DNA of 64,000 nt from an uncultured cyanobacterium (GTDB lineage: Bacteria > Cyanobacteriota > Cyanobacteriia > Cyanobacteriales > Microcystaceae), in contig CAWEDJ010000039.1 in NCBI GenBank assembly GCA_963807635.1, positions 22,767-86,766 on the forward strand. The letters are read 5' to 3'. How positions within the stretch are numbered: position 1 is the stretch's first letter; every line of letters begins with the position of its first letter. The position numbers were made by a program, and so were the translations under genes. Shown here piece after piece: positions 1 through 10,788 of the stretch. The notes beneath the pieces are model-generated. The model saw only the letters and a program-made list of their open reading frames with translations. It did no database searches and had not been told where the DNA came from.

Positions 1-258
1 GACCACGAGTAAACGGGAATCGATGGGTTGTTTCGGCTGGAGTTGAACCAAGTGATCATAGACCAGTAATTCTAAAAATTGCAATCGACCCTGTTGTTTC
101 GCCCAGCCAATCACTCCCGTCATCAACACACTAAGGGAGGCAATGACCCACACACTCCGCCAATAGTAATGCTGACCCCAGTTCTGATGTTGTCGAGAAT
201 TTTCCTGACTTGAGGACAATCGAAATTGATCGAGGAGGGAAGAGAATTTTGAAAGCAC
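1..258 (-). CDS. CHASE2-domain sensor protein, N-terminal part (runs off window edge)
   Basis: Manual translation from GTG at 258 gives a hydrophobic segment followed by GRLQFLELLVYDHLVQLQPKQPIDSRLLVV, the typical start of a CHASE2 domain. Divergent from a DUF928 gene. Confidence 0.7.
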   Translation of the reverse strand, partial: MLSKFSSLLDQFRLSSSQENSRQHQNWGQHYYWRSVWVIASLSVLMTGVIGWAKQQGRLQFLELLVYDHLVQLQPKQPIDSRLLVV

Positions 259-529
259 AAATGTTAAAAAATATAAAGAAAAAAACGAGCAGATAGGAGA
301 ATATTGAATGATTTGCTGTGATAGTTCCTAGACAATATTTTGCTGATACGGCTAATATAGAGCAGTAAGGTAATATTTTTTATTTATAAAAACAATTATA
401 GAAGTTTTACAGAGAATCGGAAATTGAGATTCTTTTTCTCAGGGATTAATCTGTCAGACTAATTGCCAAGGGAGTCACATTCAGAGATCTAATTGGCTAT
501 TTGTTTAACAAAACGATAGGAATGAATCT

Positions 530-1285
530 ATGTTTAAATCACTCAAGCGTCATAGTTGGCTACTCGTCTTACTCGGTGTTTCGAGTATGGTCGGCGGTTT
601 CTTACCCCAATGGGTTCACGCCCAAACCTCGGAAGATGCTCCGATCGCACCCGATCGCCGTAAGCCTGGGGGGAGTCGCCCTGGTTCGGATTCCATTGAA
701 GCTCCCATGCGCCGCAAGCCTGGGGGAAGTAGGGATTTATTGAGCAATAATAGTTGTCGATTTGATCCCCAGGAGTTAACGGCTCTGATTCCCGAATCAT
801 TGCAGGGAGCGACAACGTCTGCGTCTCCGACCTTATTTTTTGCCGTTCCCCCTATTTCTGCTAAAACGTCCATAGAGTTTGTTTTGAGGGATGCCAATGA
901 TCAGTTAGTCTACGAAAGAACGGTTTCAGGCTTAGGACAAGCAGGAATTTTGCCGATGACGTTGCCCCCTAATACCTTACGCCCTTCCCAGGATTATCAT
1001 TGGTATCTGTCTGTCATTTGCAATAATCGCGATCGCGCCTACGATTTGGTGGTTGAGGGTTTTGTGCAACGACTGGCTCTTGATCTCAATCAAAAAACAA
1101 ATGCAGATCCAGCAAGCAGAATCAAGTTTTATCAGACTCAAAATCTGTGGCAAGATCAATTGGCTTTTTTAGTAGAACTAAAACGCGATCGCCCCACTGA
1201 TCCAGAAGTCACGAATCTGTGGAAACAAACTCTCAAATCTGTCAATTTAGATGAAGCGATCGCCGCCAATCCTCTGCTCCCGTAG
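530..1285 (+). CDS. DUF928 domain-containing secreted protein
   Basis: Signal peptide (VHA-Q), GGSR motif, LTALIP...PTLFFAVP, YHWYLSVIC and LWQD..AFL motifs. Confidence 0.8.
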   Translation: MFKSLKRHSWLLVLLGVSSMVGGFLPQWVHAQTSEDAPIAPDRRKPGGSRPGSDSIEAPMRRKPGGSRDLLSNNSCRFDPQELTALIPESLQGATTSASPTLFFAVPPISAKTSIEFVLRDANDQLVYERTVSGLGQAGILPMTLPPNTLRPSQDYHWYLSVICNNRDRAYDLVVEGFVQRLALDLNQKTNADPASRIKFYQTQNLWQDQLAFLVELKRDRPTDPEVTNLWKQTLKSVNLDEAIAANPLLP

Positions 1286-1324
1286 ATCAATGGCTAAACG
1301 CGATCAACCTTGGTGAGTCAATCC

Positions 1325-2074
1325 TCAACGTTGTTTTTTTGCTAATTTATCTTGATAAAAAATAGAGCGAAGGACAAATTGGGGTAAGGCCGACATTCTT
1401 CGCCAACGCCAAGGCTCTTGGTAAAGACGGTATAGCCATTCCAAATTATTTTCGCAAAACCATTTTGGCGCTCTAATTTTTTGTCCTGACCAAATATCAA
1501 AACTTCCGCCCACTCCGATCCAAATCGAGTCGGGACAAAGATGGCGATGCTCCCGAATCCAGTATTCCTGGCGAGGAACCCCCAAACCAACCAAAATAAT
1601 ACGAGGCTGTTTTTCTACTAGGGTTTGACACCATTGCTCTTCTTCTTCAGGCGTCAGGAAGCCGTGATTCGTCAAAATTACCAGATCATCATATTTTTTT
1701 TGCCAATTTTCCGATGCTTTGGCTGTTGAGCCAGGCTTACCGCCATAAAAAGCAATTATCTGATGGGAATGTTGCTCCCCCACCCGTCTGATCAGAGACT
1801 CAGCAAGTTCAATGCCAGGGCAACGTTGCTGTTTAATCTTTCTGAGGCGCAAGTAAAGAATCACTCCAGCCCCGTCAGGAATCACTAGATCCGCTTTACG
1901 AATAATGTCCCCAACCGCAGGATTTTCTTCTGCCAATATAGACATTTCCGAATTGAGGGTGACCACATGAGTCCCTAGTCTATTGTTGAGACGTTCCATC
2001 AACAAGCCCGTGTAATCCGCCGATAAATGGACTGGAACCGTAAAAACAGGAAAAATTTCGGCTTTCTTGAGCAT
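1325..2074 (-). CDS. WecB/TagA/CpsF family glycosyltransferase
   Basis: VTLNSE, PDGAG, VGLGVPRQE, GVGGSFD and LEWLYRL..EPWRWRR motifs. Start set at ATG MLKKAE. Confidence 0.9.
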   Translation of the reverse strand: MLKKAEIFPVFTVPVHLSADYTGLLMERLNNRLGTHVVTLNSEMSILAEENPAVGDIIRKADLVIPDGAGVILYLRLRKIKQQRCPGIELAESLIRRVGEQHSHQIIAFYGGKPGSTAKASENWQKKYDDLVILTNHGFLTPEEEEQWCQTLVEKQPRIILVGLGVPRQEYWIREHRHLCPDSIWIGVGGSFDIWSGQKIRAPKWFCENNLEWLYRLYQEPWRWRRMSALPQFVLRSIFYQDKLAKKQR

Positions 2075-2226
2075 AGATGGATTTCGAGAATATTTGTCTA
2101 TCTGCACGGATTGGAACAAATTGGGTTACATAAATCAATTTTAAAACTTTTTTGAACTTTTTTTGATAAAGTTATCAATAAATTTTTCCATCGGTAGCGG
2201 CTTAAAATTGAACAGTAAGATTGAGA

Positions 2227-2330
2227 ATAAACTCTTAATTATCTAAAACACAGACAAGCAAGGGGCTTAAGCGGCTTTTTACAAGACTTTCAACAAAAAG
2301 ATTATACAATCTAAGCTTGTGACAGCTTAG
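2227..2330 (+). repeat. Dispersed ~105-bp intergenic repeat, copy 1 (degenerate palindrome core)
   Basis: Aligns along its length to the reverse complement of 39337-39440. Confidence 0.75.
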
Positions 2331-2741
2331 ACTAGATTAATAGACTTCAGTAACAGTCCTGCCCATCCATAAACTGTGACAGGTTCTACAATCCAATAAC
2401 TAGTTAGACTTCCTTACTGATTGTCGTTCAATTAGATGATATCGGGTAATATTTAGATCAATAATCCCATAAAAAAATCATAAAAAATCATGTTGATCGA
2501 AGGTTTTAAGGAGTTCAAAAAATTTAATCTTTTACCAATAAACAAATGTTTAATCAGTTTTTAATAAGTCGAATTTATCAATCCATTTCATGATCCCAGG
2601 CTGCTTGTCAAATGACCTCTATCCATAGAAACAAATAAATTTATCCTCTCTTTCTTTTTAATCTATCAATAGTTTACAATAAAAGTAATTTCAAACTTAA
2701 TTTTTTCTCTCAAAAGTAAAGCCCAACGATTTTTAAGCTGA

Positions 2742-4963
2742 ATGATGAAACTGGAACGACGCAGATTTTTACAAGGGTTACTGATATTGGGAATCAGCCC
2801 ATCAGCACTCTTGAGGTTGCCCTTATTTCCATCGATTAGCGGCTATCAATCGGCTTTAGCAGCGACGAATTCCCGAAAACTGGCTCTTTTAGTTGGCATT
2901 AATCGATATTCTCCCCTTAATACCCATAATATCGACAGCAATTCTCCCTATCTGGATTTACAGGGGTGTCTGACTGATGTGGAGTTACAACGGGAGTTAT
3001 TAATAGAACGCTACGGTTTTCAGGCTACGGATATTTTGACTTTAACCGATGCCCAGGCAACCCGCGAAAATATTGAAAACGCTTTTATAGAGCATTTGGT
3101 GAACCAGGCTCAGGCGGGGGATGGGGTGGTTTTTCATTTTAGTGGTTATGGAAGTCGGATTAAAATTCCATCTTTGTCTGGGTCAACTGCTTTATCTGCT
3201 TCTTCTGAAGAAATGCTCGGATTTTTGCCCAGTGATGGCCTGACTTCGGAACAGATCCGTAATGACCTGTTGCAAGAAAGTCTCTTTCTATTAGCGCGAT
3301 CGCTGAGGACGGATCAGTTCACAATGGTCTTAGATTGCAGTCATGGTGAGACTAATTCACCGTTTCAAGGAAATTTACGGACTCGTTCCTGTTTGATCCC
3401 CGCAGATTCCCCTTCACCCAGGAAATAGACTTTCAATCCCAAATTGCGACCTTAGCGAAAACCTTGGGCAAAAAAACTAAAGCTGATCCACCAGGGATGA
3501 CGTTAACGGCGACTAGTCCCCAAAAAGTTGCAGTAGAATTTCTGGGAGACGGCTTTAGTGCGGGGTTGTTTTCCTATTGCTTGACTCAATATCTCTGGCA
3601 AATTACCCCTACTCGTCGAGGGATTACCGTGTTTAATCAGGTGGAAGAAGCGATCGCCCCTGACCTGGGAAAATACCAGCAACCCCAGGCTTTTTTGGGT
3701 AAAAATACATCATCACCCATCTATGGAATCCCATCCCCATTTGTCCAGGCATCAGAAGCCGTTATTGAGAAAATCCTCGAACCTGCTAGTTCTAAGTTAG
3801 TAGCTATCAGATTTACTGGTGTTTCTCCCTTGGTATTGGCGCATGGAGTGCTGAATTCCTGTTTTCGGGTGATTACCGATGGAAATGCTGACTCTAGCGG
3901 AGACATTCTTTTGCAGGTGGCCGAACAAACGGGACGTAGGGCTAAGGCATTGGTCTTAAATGCCCAGGTTACTCTCTCAGGGAAAGAACCGCTAGAAGAA
4001 AGTATTCGTTCCATTCCCCGACATTTAGGCTTAATAGTCGCCCTGGATAGTCAATTTGACCGTATTGAACGGGTTGATGCTACCAGTGCTTTTTCGGCGA
4101 TCGCGACGGTGACAGGGGTAATTAATGCGGGAGAACAGTCTGCCGATTGTGTGTTGGGCAAAAAGGCAGGAGGCTATGGATTATTCACTGAAGGCGGGCG
4201 TTTGTTGTTCAGTGCGGGAAAGGGGAATATTGAGGCGATTAAATCGATCATTGGCAAACTCACTCCCAAATTAGAACAGGTCTTAGCTAAAAAATGGTGG
4301 GATTTAACCAATAATGAACATTCATCCCATTTAGGACTACGGGCAACCCTAGCAGTTTTACAAGATTCCAAGGCGATCGCCGTGCTGACAAAAGAAACAG
4401 GTCGCTATGATTTTTCGGCTAATTCTGCCCCTGGGATCCAACCTACACCCATAAAATCCCCTGAAACGCTAGGATTAGTCTCGATCGCGTCAGGGAGTCT
4501 CCTCCAATATCGTTTAGAAAATTATCAGGATCAACCCCTTTATTTTGTGATTTTAGGTATTGATGCCAATGGAAAAGCGATCGCGTGGTACCCAGGGGAG
4601 CAACCCGAAAGCATTCCCCCCCAACAATTCCAGATGATCCCCGATCCTAGTAGCTCGATTAGTTGGCGTGTCCCTAGTAACGGGGGGTTGACTCAAATGC
4701 AAGTGATTGCCTCCCTCCATCCATTTCAGCAGTTTTGGGAAACTCTAGGGGAAAATTTGCCCAATCTAACTTCCCCCGATGTCACCCGCCATCCCGCTCA
4801 AATTCTAGAAATCAAAAATCCCCTTGCGATCGCCCAATCCCTTTTAGAGGATTTACACAGAAATAGTGCGGTTTCTAGTACCATGATTAACAACACTGCC
4901 GACTACTATGCCTTGGAAATGACGACCTGGGCGACCTTAAACTTTATCTATCAGGTCATTTAA
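2742..4963 (+). CDS. Orthocaspase (peptidase C14) with substituted Tyr/Ser dyad and probable C-terminal DUF4384-like domain; frameshift near 3420
   Basis: KLALLVGIN, LQGCLTDV, FHFSGYGS and LDCSHG motifs. Two consecutive ORFs (2742-3428, 3464-4963) join by a single frameshift. Confidence 0.8.
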
Positions 4964-5171
4964 AAACTTTTTAGGATAAAGCAATCAGAATCTGAATATT
5001 AAAACCTGTGGTTGTAAACGTCTGTGGTTGCTAAACTTGAGAGATTCGTTGAGAAGAGTGTTTCTTCTTTTGAGATCCGTTACCTTTTAATCAATTAAGC
5101 TATCGGCTGATTACTTTTTCTGCTTTTTCATTTCCTTTTGGTATTATTGAATTTCTTTTTATTCTTTTTTT

Positions 5172-6791
5172 ATGAACTCCCTTCCCCTTTCGACTCAACA
5201 ACGTCTCAAAAAAATTCCTCAAATTCCGAGTGTTTGGGAAGGCGATCGCCGTCCTCTCAGTGGAATGCAAAAGGGACTTGAAGTCGATGATGATGCTAAG
5301 GGAGATTGTATTCTCTGGGTGGATGGTTCGGAAGGTTTTGTGCGTTCAATGGATATTGTTTCCCCCGAAATGGGACTTGAAGCGGTCGTGCGTACCCTCC
5401 TAAAGGCGATCGAAAATCCCCATAGCCCTGCCAAACCAGCCCGCCCCCAAAAGATTATTGTCCGCAACCGAGAAATTCAATTTTTTTTGCGGGGAGCCTT
5501 ACAAAGCCTAGATATCAATATTGACTATGTTCCCGAATTACCCCTCATTGATGAACTCTTTCGGAGTTTTGAGTCGATGGGGAGCAATAAACCCCCTTCC
5601 GTTCCCAGTTTTTATGAACGCCCCCTCAAACAGACCAGTCATGACCTTTGGATGAGCGCACCTTGGGATTTATTAGCAGACCACGAAATCATTGCCATAG
5701 AACTAGAAGGTTGGGAAACGAGTCCTATTTATGCCTGCGTGATGGGGATGTTAGGGCAGGAATATGGCGTGATCCTCTACCGTTCCCTCGACTCCTTAAA
5801 ACAGTTCCGACTGGCCGTTATTGAGGACTCAGCTCCCCACCAACTCGAAAAAGTCTTTTTGTCCCAGGATTGTTGGTTCCTCAACTACAAGGCGATCAAT
5901 GAAGAAGACTTTGATGAAGAGGATTTGGATTTAGAAGAGCTAGATGCGGATGAAGTAGAGTCTGTTATGGGAAGTATCCATCCCCTGGAAGGCATTCGTC
6001 CCTTTTTAGATGAAGAGGAAGCCAAAACGATCTATTACGCCCTACAAGCCTTAATCCGTTTTGTTAATGAGCATCAGCAGGAACTTTCTCAAGATCCCAT
6101 CGACACGGCCAGTAAACAGTATCAGCTACCCGTTATCGCTAAGTCTCTAAATAAGAGCAAGGAGAAAATTAATGTCAAGGTTTCTACTCTGCCTGAGTTA
6201 GCTCAAGAATTTCTTGATTTGATGGAGGAGGACGATGATGATGACGATGATTTTTCCCTGAGTAATGATCTCATTCCCGACAATTCTTTCCTAAGTTTGG
6301 GAATGATTCCCTGGGATGCGATCGCCACTCTACGGAAACAAAGAAAAACCGAATATCCTTCCCAAGAAGCCGTTGAAAATGGGGATGGATTACCCGTTGT
6401 GGTTGTTCAAACCACCCGTGCCAAGGCGAAAGAAATGATTGACCTACTGCGATCGGAAGGGGGAGTCAAGGGCATTTATTTTAATCCAGGGGAAGATCCC
6501 TGGTCAGAGGATGAATACGAATTGGGAATTTTACAAACCGAAGCTGGGAATCTCCATGTTTTTGGGGAATTTTTGGAGGAAAATACTGCTCACCAAAAAG
6601 CTCGTCAAAAATGGAACTCTCGTTGTAAAGAAACCAAAGGTTATTGCGGTATTTTAATTGCAATGGGTGTAACAGGAAATTCTCGTGGGAACCCGAAGCT
6701 CACGGATATTTTAGCTGTTTTTGAAAGTAAATTTTTGGACGCGAAGGCTTTAAAATTAGGGGTTTTGCAATTGACCTCTCAATTTGAATAG
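5172..6791 (+). CDS. Conserved cyanobacterial hypothetical protein (possibly DUF6930), acidic tracts
   Basis: 539-aa ORF, VWEGDRRP N-terminus, host-like HIP1 content. Confidence 0.65.
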   Translation: MNSLPLSTQQRLKKIPQIPSVWEGDRRPLSGMQKGLEVDDDAKGDCILWVDGSEGFVRSMDIVSPEMGLEAVVRTLLKAIENPHSPAKPARPQKIIVRNREIQFFLRGALQSLDINIDYVPELPLIDELFRSFESMGSNKPPSVPSFYERPLKQTSHDLWMSAPWDLLADHEIIAIELEGWETSPIYACVMGMLGQEYGVILYRSLDSLKQFRLAVIEDSAPHQLEKVFLSQDCWFLNYKAINEEDFDEEDLDLEELDADEVESVMGSIHPLEGIRPFLDEEEAKTIYYALQALIRFVNEHQQELSQDPIDTASKQYQLPVIAKSLNKSKEKINVKVSTLPELAQEFLDLMEEDDDDDDDFSLSNDLIPDNSFLSLGMIPWDAIATLRKQRKTEYPSQEAVENGDGLPVVVVQTTRAKAKEMIDLLRSEGGVKGIYFNPGEDPWSEDEYELGILQTEAGNLHVFGEFLEENTAHQKARQKWNSRCKETKGYCGILIAMGVTGNSRGNPKLTDILAVFESKFLDAKALKLGVLQLTSQFE

Positions 6792-6848
6792 GTCAGAGGA
6801 TTAGCTAAATTCCGTAAAATATAGGCTTTTGCTTCTGGTCTCTATCTA

Positions 6849-8497
6849 GAGCTTGCTGAAAAAAGCTGAAAGCCTTATAAGAAAAGAGATGAGGGGATTT
6901 AGAGAGCAAAAAAAGTGCAAAAAAAAGGTCTAAAATGAGTGAAAAGGCTTGCACCCCTCCCCTTCCAGAGCATTGAACGATGTACCCCAAAAAAGAATCC
7001 GAAAAATCGACTGTTGAAAACTTCAAAATACCAAGTGAGTGGAAGCCAAAAGAAGAAAATCGTTGGGTAATCATGTCAAAAATCATTCCGTGGGAGGAAT
7101 TTGAAGAAGAATATGCAAAACAATTTTCAGAAAATAAAGGAGCGATAGCCAAACCATTTAGGATGGCATTAGGGTCATTAATAATAAAAGAAATATTGAG
7201 AATAAGTGACAGAGAAACAGTAGAACAAATAAAAGAAAACCCTTACTTACAATATTTTATAGGACTAGAAGTATATGAAAATGAGGAGGCATTTGATGCG
7301 TCACTGTTAGTACATTTCCGTCAAAGAATAGGAATGGACTTGGTGAATCAAATAAATAAAGCAATGGTAAAAAAAGAAGAAGAAATATCATCAGAAGTAA
7401 AAGAAAAAAGTGAAGGGGAAAATCAGAATAGAGGAAAGCTATTAATAGATGCAACCTGTGCACCAGCAGACATCAAATATCCAACAGATATAGGAATCTT
7501 GAATGAAGCAAGAGAAAAAACCGAAAAAATAATAGACAACTTGTATAAAAAAACTAAAAAAAAGGAAAAAAACCAAGAACCTATAGAATAAGAGCCAGAA
7601 AAGATTACTTAAAATTGTCAAAAAAACGCCGTCCGTCGAGAAAAGAAAGGAGAAAGGGCATAAAAAAACAAATCCAATATATCAAAAGAAACCTTTCCCA
7701 TATAGAAAAATTAAGAGAAGATAAAGAGGTCGCGAAATTAAGTAAAAAAGACGAAAAGATACTGTCGATAATAGAAAAAGCCTATGAGCAACAAGTAGAA
7801 ATGTATGAAAATAAAGAAAATAAGGTAGAAAATAGAATTGTGAGTTTGACTCAACCTCATGTTCGTCCCATTGTTAGAGGAAAAGCGGGAACGCCAGTAG
7901 AGTTTGGTGCAAAACTATCAGCAAGTTATGTGAATGGATATCTTTATTTATACCGATTAAGTTGGGATAATTATAATGAATCAGGCGACTTCAAAGGACA
8001 AATAGAAGAGTTTAAACGTGAGACAGGCTACTATCCCCAGTCTGTTCATGCTGATGCAATCTATCGCACAAGGGAAAGTCGCGCTTTTTGTAAGGAGAAG
8101 GGAATTCGATTGAGTGGCCCACCCTTGGGAAGACGACCCACAAATATTAGTCCAGAAAAAAAGAAAGAAGCTCTTCAAGATGAAAGAGACCGTAATGCTA
8201 TTGAAGGCAAATTTGGTCAAGCAAAGAGACGATTTAGCCTCAATCGAGTTATGACAAAACTTCCTGATACCTCTGAAACCGCTATTGCTATCACCTTTTT
8301 AGTCATCAATCTTTTTGCCCTGCTTCGGCAGGTTTTACGTTTTTTTTGTCTTTTTCGGAAGAAGAGATTATTTCTCCGTCTTTTTATTAATTCAGCTTAT
8401 GTTTTGTGTTGATAAAATATTCAATACTTATGTTTTACTCTCCTTAGATTCATAAATTAATGCCCTCTCCCTGTTTTTTGACTTTTTCAGCAAGCCC
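6849..8497 (+). mobile_element. IS5-family insertion sequence, copy 1 (transposase frameshifted in an A-run near 7560)
   Basis: Inverted repeats GAGCTTGCTGAAAAA / TTTTTCAGCAAGCCC. ORFs 6980-7591 and 7615-8412 match copy 2. Confidence 0.9.
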
Positions 8498-8580
8498 TAA
8501 ATAAGTACAAGGGAGCCGTCAAAAATCCCATACAGTTGATAATCATTGCTTTCACTACCTGACCTGCGCTCACTTTTTTT

Positions 8581-8941
8581 CTACCTGTAAATAATTAGTT
8601 GATGATTAGGTAAAATGAAGAGAAAACAAAAAAACAGATTGTCTTAAAAAAAGGAGTAAAAAGGATGAAAGTGACGGTAGAATTCGTGATTCGTAACGAA
8701 ATGGGAAATATTCTCAGCCAAAACAGCCCATTTGCAATGGAAATAGGAACCCAAAGCTTACATGACATAGAAGGAGGTGTAGAACAGATGAAACAGAAAG
8801 TATTGCCTGAAATAGAGGCAGCCTTACTGGCGCAGGCACAAAACGAGTTCACGGAAAAAGTAAAAAAAACTAAACTTGTGGTGTAATGGTACGAGAAAAA
8901 TCTGTATAAAAACATTACACGGTCAGTTTGAGTTTTACTTA
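8581..8941 (+). mobile_element. Truncated left end of ISKra4/ISLre2-like element (73-aa ORF 8665-8886)
   Basis: Near-identical to the reverse complement of 27956-28316. Starts with IR CTACCTGTAAATAATTAGTTGATGATTA and is cut by IS5 copy 2. Confidence 0.9.
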
Positions 8942-10591
8942 GAGCTTGCTGAAAAAAGCTGAAAGCCTTATAAGAAAAGAGATGAGGGGATTTAGAGAGC
9001 AAAAAAAGTGCAAAAAAAAGGTCTAAAATGAGTGAAAAGGCTTGCACCCCTCCCCTTCCAGAGCATTGAACGATGTACCCCAAAAAAGAATCCGAAAAAT
9101 CGACTGTTGAAAACTTCAAAATACCAAGTGAGTGGAAGCCAAAAGAAGAAAATCGTTGGGTAATCATGTCAAAAATAATTCCGTGGGAGGAATTTGAAGA
9201 AGAATATGCAAAACAATTTTCAGAAAATAAAGGAGCGACAGCCAAACCATTTAGGATGGCATTAGGGTCATTAATAATAAAAGAAATATTGAGAATAAGT
9301 GACCGAGAAACAGTAGAACAAATAAAAGAAAACCCTTACTTACAATATTTTATAGGACTAGAAGTATATGAAAATGAGGAGGCATTTGATGCGTCACTGT
9401 TAGTACATTTCCGTCAAAGAATAGGAATGGACTTGGTGAATCAAATAAATAAAGCAATGGTAAAAAAAGAAGAAGAAATATTATCAGAAGTAAAAGAAAA
9501 AAGTGAAGGGGAAAATCAGAATAGAGGAAAGCTATTAATAGATGCAACCTGTGCACCAGCAGACATCAAATATCCAACAGATATAGGAATCTTGAATGAG
9601 GCAAGAGAAAAAACCGAAAAAATAATAGACAACTTGTATAAAAAAACTAAAAAAAAAGGAAAAAAACCAAGAACCTATAGAATAAGAGCCAGAAAAGATT
9701 ACTTAAAATTGTCAAAAAAACGCCGTCCGTCGAGAAAAGAAAGGAGAAAGGGCATAAAAAAACAAATCCAATATATCAAAAGAAACCTTTCCCATATAGA
9801 AAAATTAAGAGAAGATAAAGAGGTCGCAAAATTAAGTAAAAAAGACGAAAAGATACTGTCGATAATACAAAAAGCCTATGAGCAACAAGTAGGAATGTAT
9901 GAAAATAAAGAAAATAAGGTAGAAAATAGAATTGTGAGTTTGACTCAACCTCATGTTCGTCCCATTGTTAGAGGAAAAGCGGGAACGCCAGTAGAGTTTG
10001 GTGCAAAACTATCAGCAAGTTATGTGAATGGATATCTTTATTTATACCGATTAAGTTGGGATAATTATAATGAATCAGGCGACTTCAAAGGACAAATAGA
10101 AGAGTTTAAACGTGAGACAGGCTACTATCCCCAGTCTGTTCATGCTGATGCAATCTATCGCACAAGGGAAAATCGCGCTTTTTGTAAGGAGAAGGGAATT
10201 CGATTGAGTGGCCCACCCTTGGGAAGACGACCCACAAATATTAGTCCAGAAAAAAAGAAAGAAGCTCTTCAAGATGAAAGAGACCGTAATGCTATTGAAG
10301 GCAAATTTGGTCAAGCAAAGAGACGATTTAGCCTCAATCGAGTTATGACAAAACTTCCTGATACCTCTGAAACCGCTATTGCTATCACCTTTTTAGTCAT
10401 CAATCTTTTTGCCCTGCTTCGGCAGGTTTTACGTTTTTTTTGTCTTTTTCGGAAGAAGAGCTTATTTTTCTGCCCTCTTATTAGCCCAGCTTATGCTTTG
10501 TGTTGACAATTCATTTAACCCTTATGTTTTACTCGCCTTAAATTCATAAATTAATCCCCTCTTCCTGTTTTTTGACTTTTTCAGCAAGCCC
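8942..10591 (+). mobile_element. IS5-family insertion sequence, copy 2
   Basis: Same inverted repeats as copy 1, with an intact transposase. Confidence 0.92.
9073..10506 (+). CDS. IS5-family transposase (477 aa)
   Basis: IDAT, VEFGAK, ADAIY and RNAIEGKFGQAKR DDE motifs. Confidence 0.92.
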   Translation: MYPKKESEKSTVENFKIPSEWKPKEENRWVIMSKIIPWEEFEEEYAKQFSENKGATAKPFRMALGSLIIKEILRISDRETVEQIKENPYLQYFIGLEVYENEEAFDASLLVHFRQRIGMDLVNQINKAMVKKEEEILSEVKEKSEGENQNRGKLLIDATCAPADIKYPTDIGILNEAREKTEKIIDNLYKKTKKKGKKPRTYRIRARKDYLKLSKKRRPSRKERRKGIKKQIQYIKRNLSHIEKLREDKEVAKLSKKDEKILSIIQKAYEQQVGMYENKENKVENRIVSLTQPHVRPIVRGKAGTPVEFGAKLSASYVNGYLYLYRLSWDNYNESGDFKGQIEEFKRETGYYPQSVHADAIYRTRENRAFCKEKGIRLSGPPLGRRPTNISPEKKKEALQDERDRNAIEGKFGQAKRRFSLNRVMTKLPDTSETAIAITFLVINLFALLRQVLRFFCLFRKKSLFFCPLISPAYALC

Positions 10592-10788
10592 TATCTATAC
10601 CGCTTTGTTCCATCCTCGAAAATTAGACAATGAAAAGATGGCAGGAACCAATCCCGCCAATCCTTTAGGATCTCAATCAAGGTAAGATTTTGTGCAGAAA
10701 AAATGAAAGGAATCAGAATATTTGCCTTGAAATTTTAGCCATCATTCTTAATAGCAAAACAACAAGTGTTTTAGCGGAGTATTCTTAA

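Noticed and set aside
8537..8552. Fur-box-like TTGATAATCATTGCT inside the composite unit
   Set aside because: Partial match in AT-rich DNA with no iron-related gene nearby.
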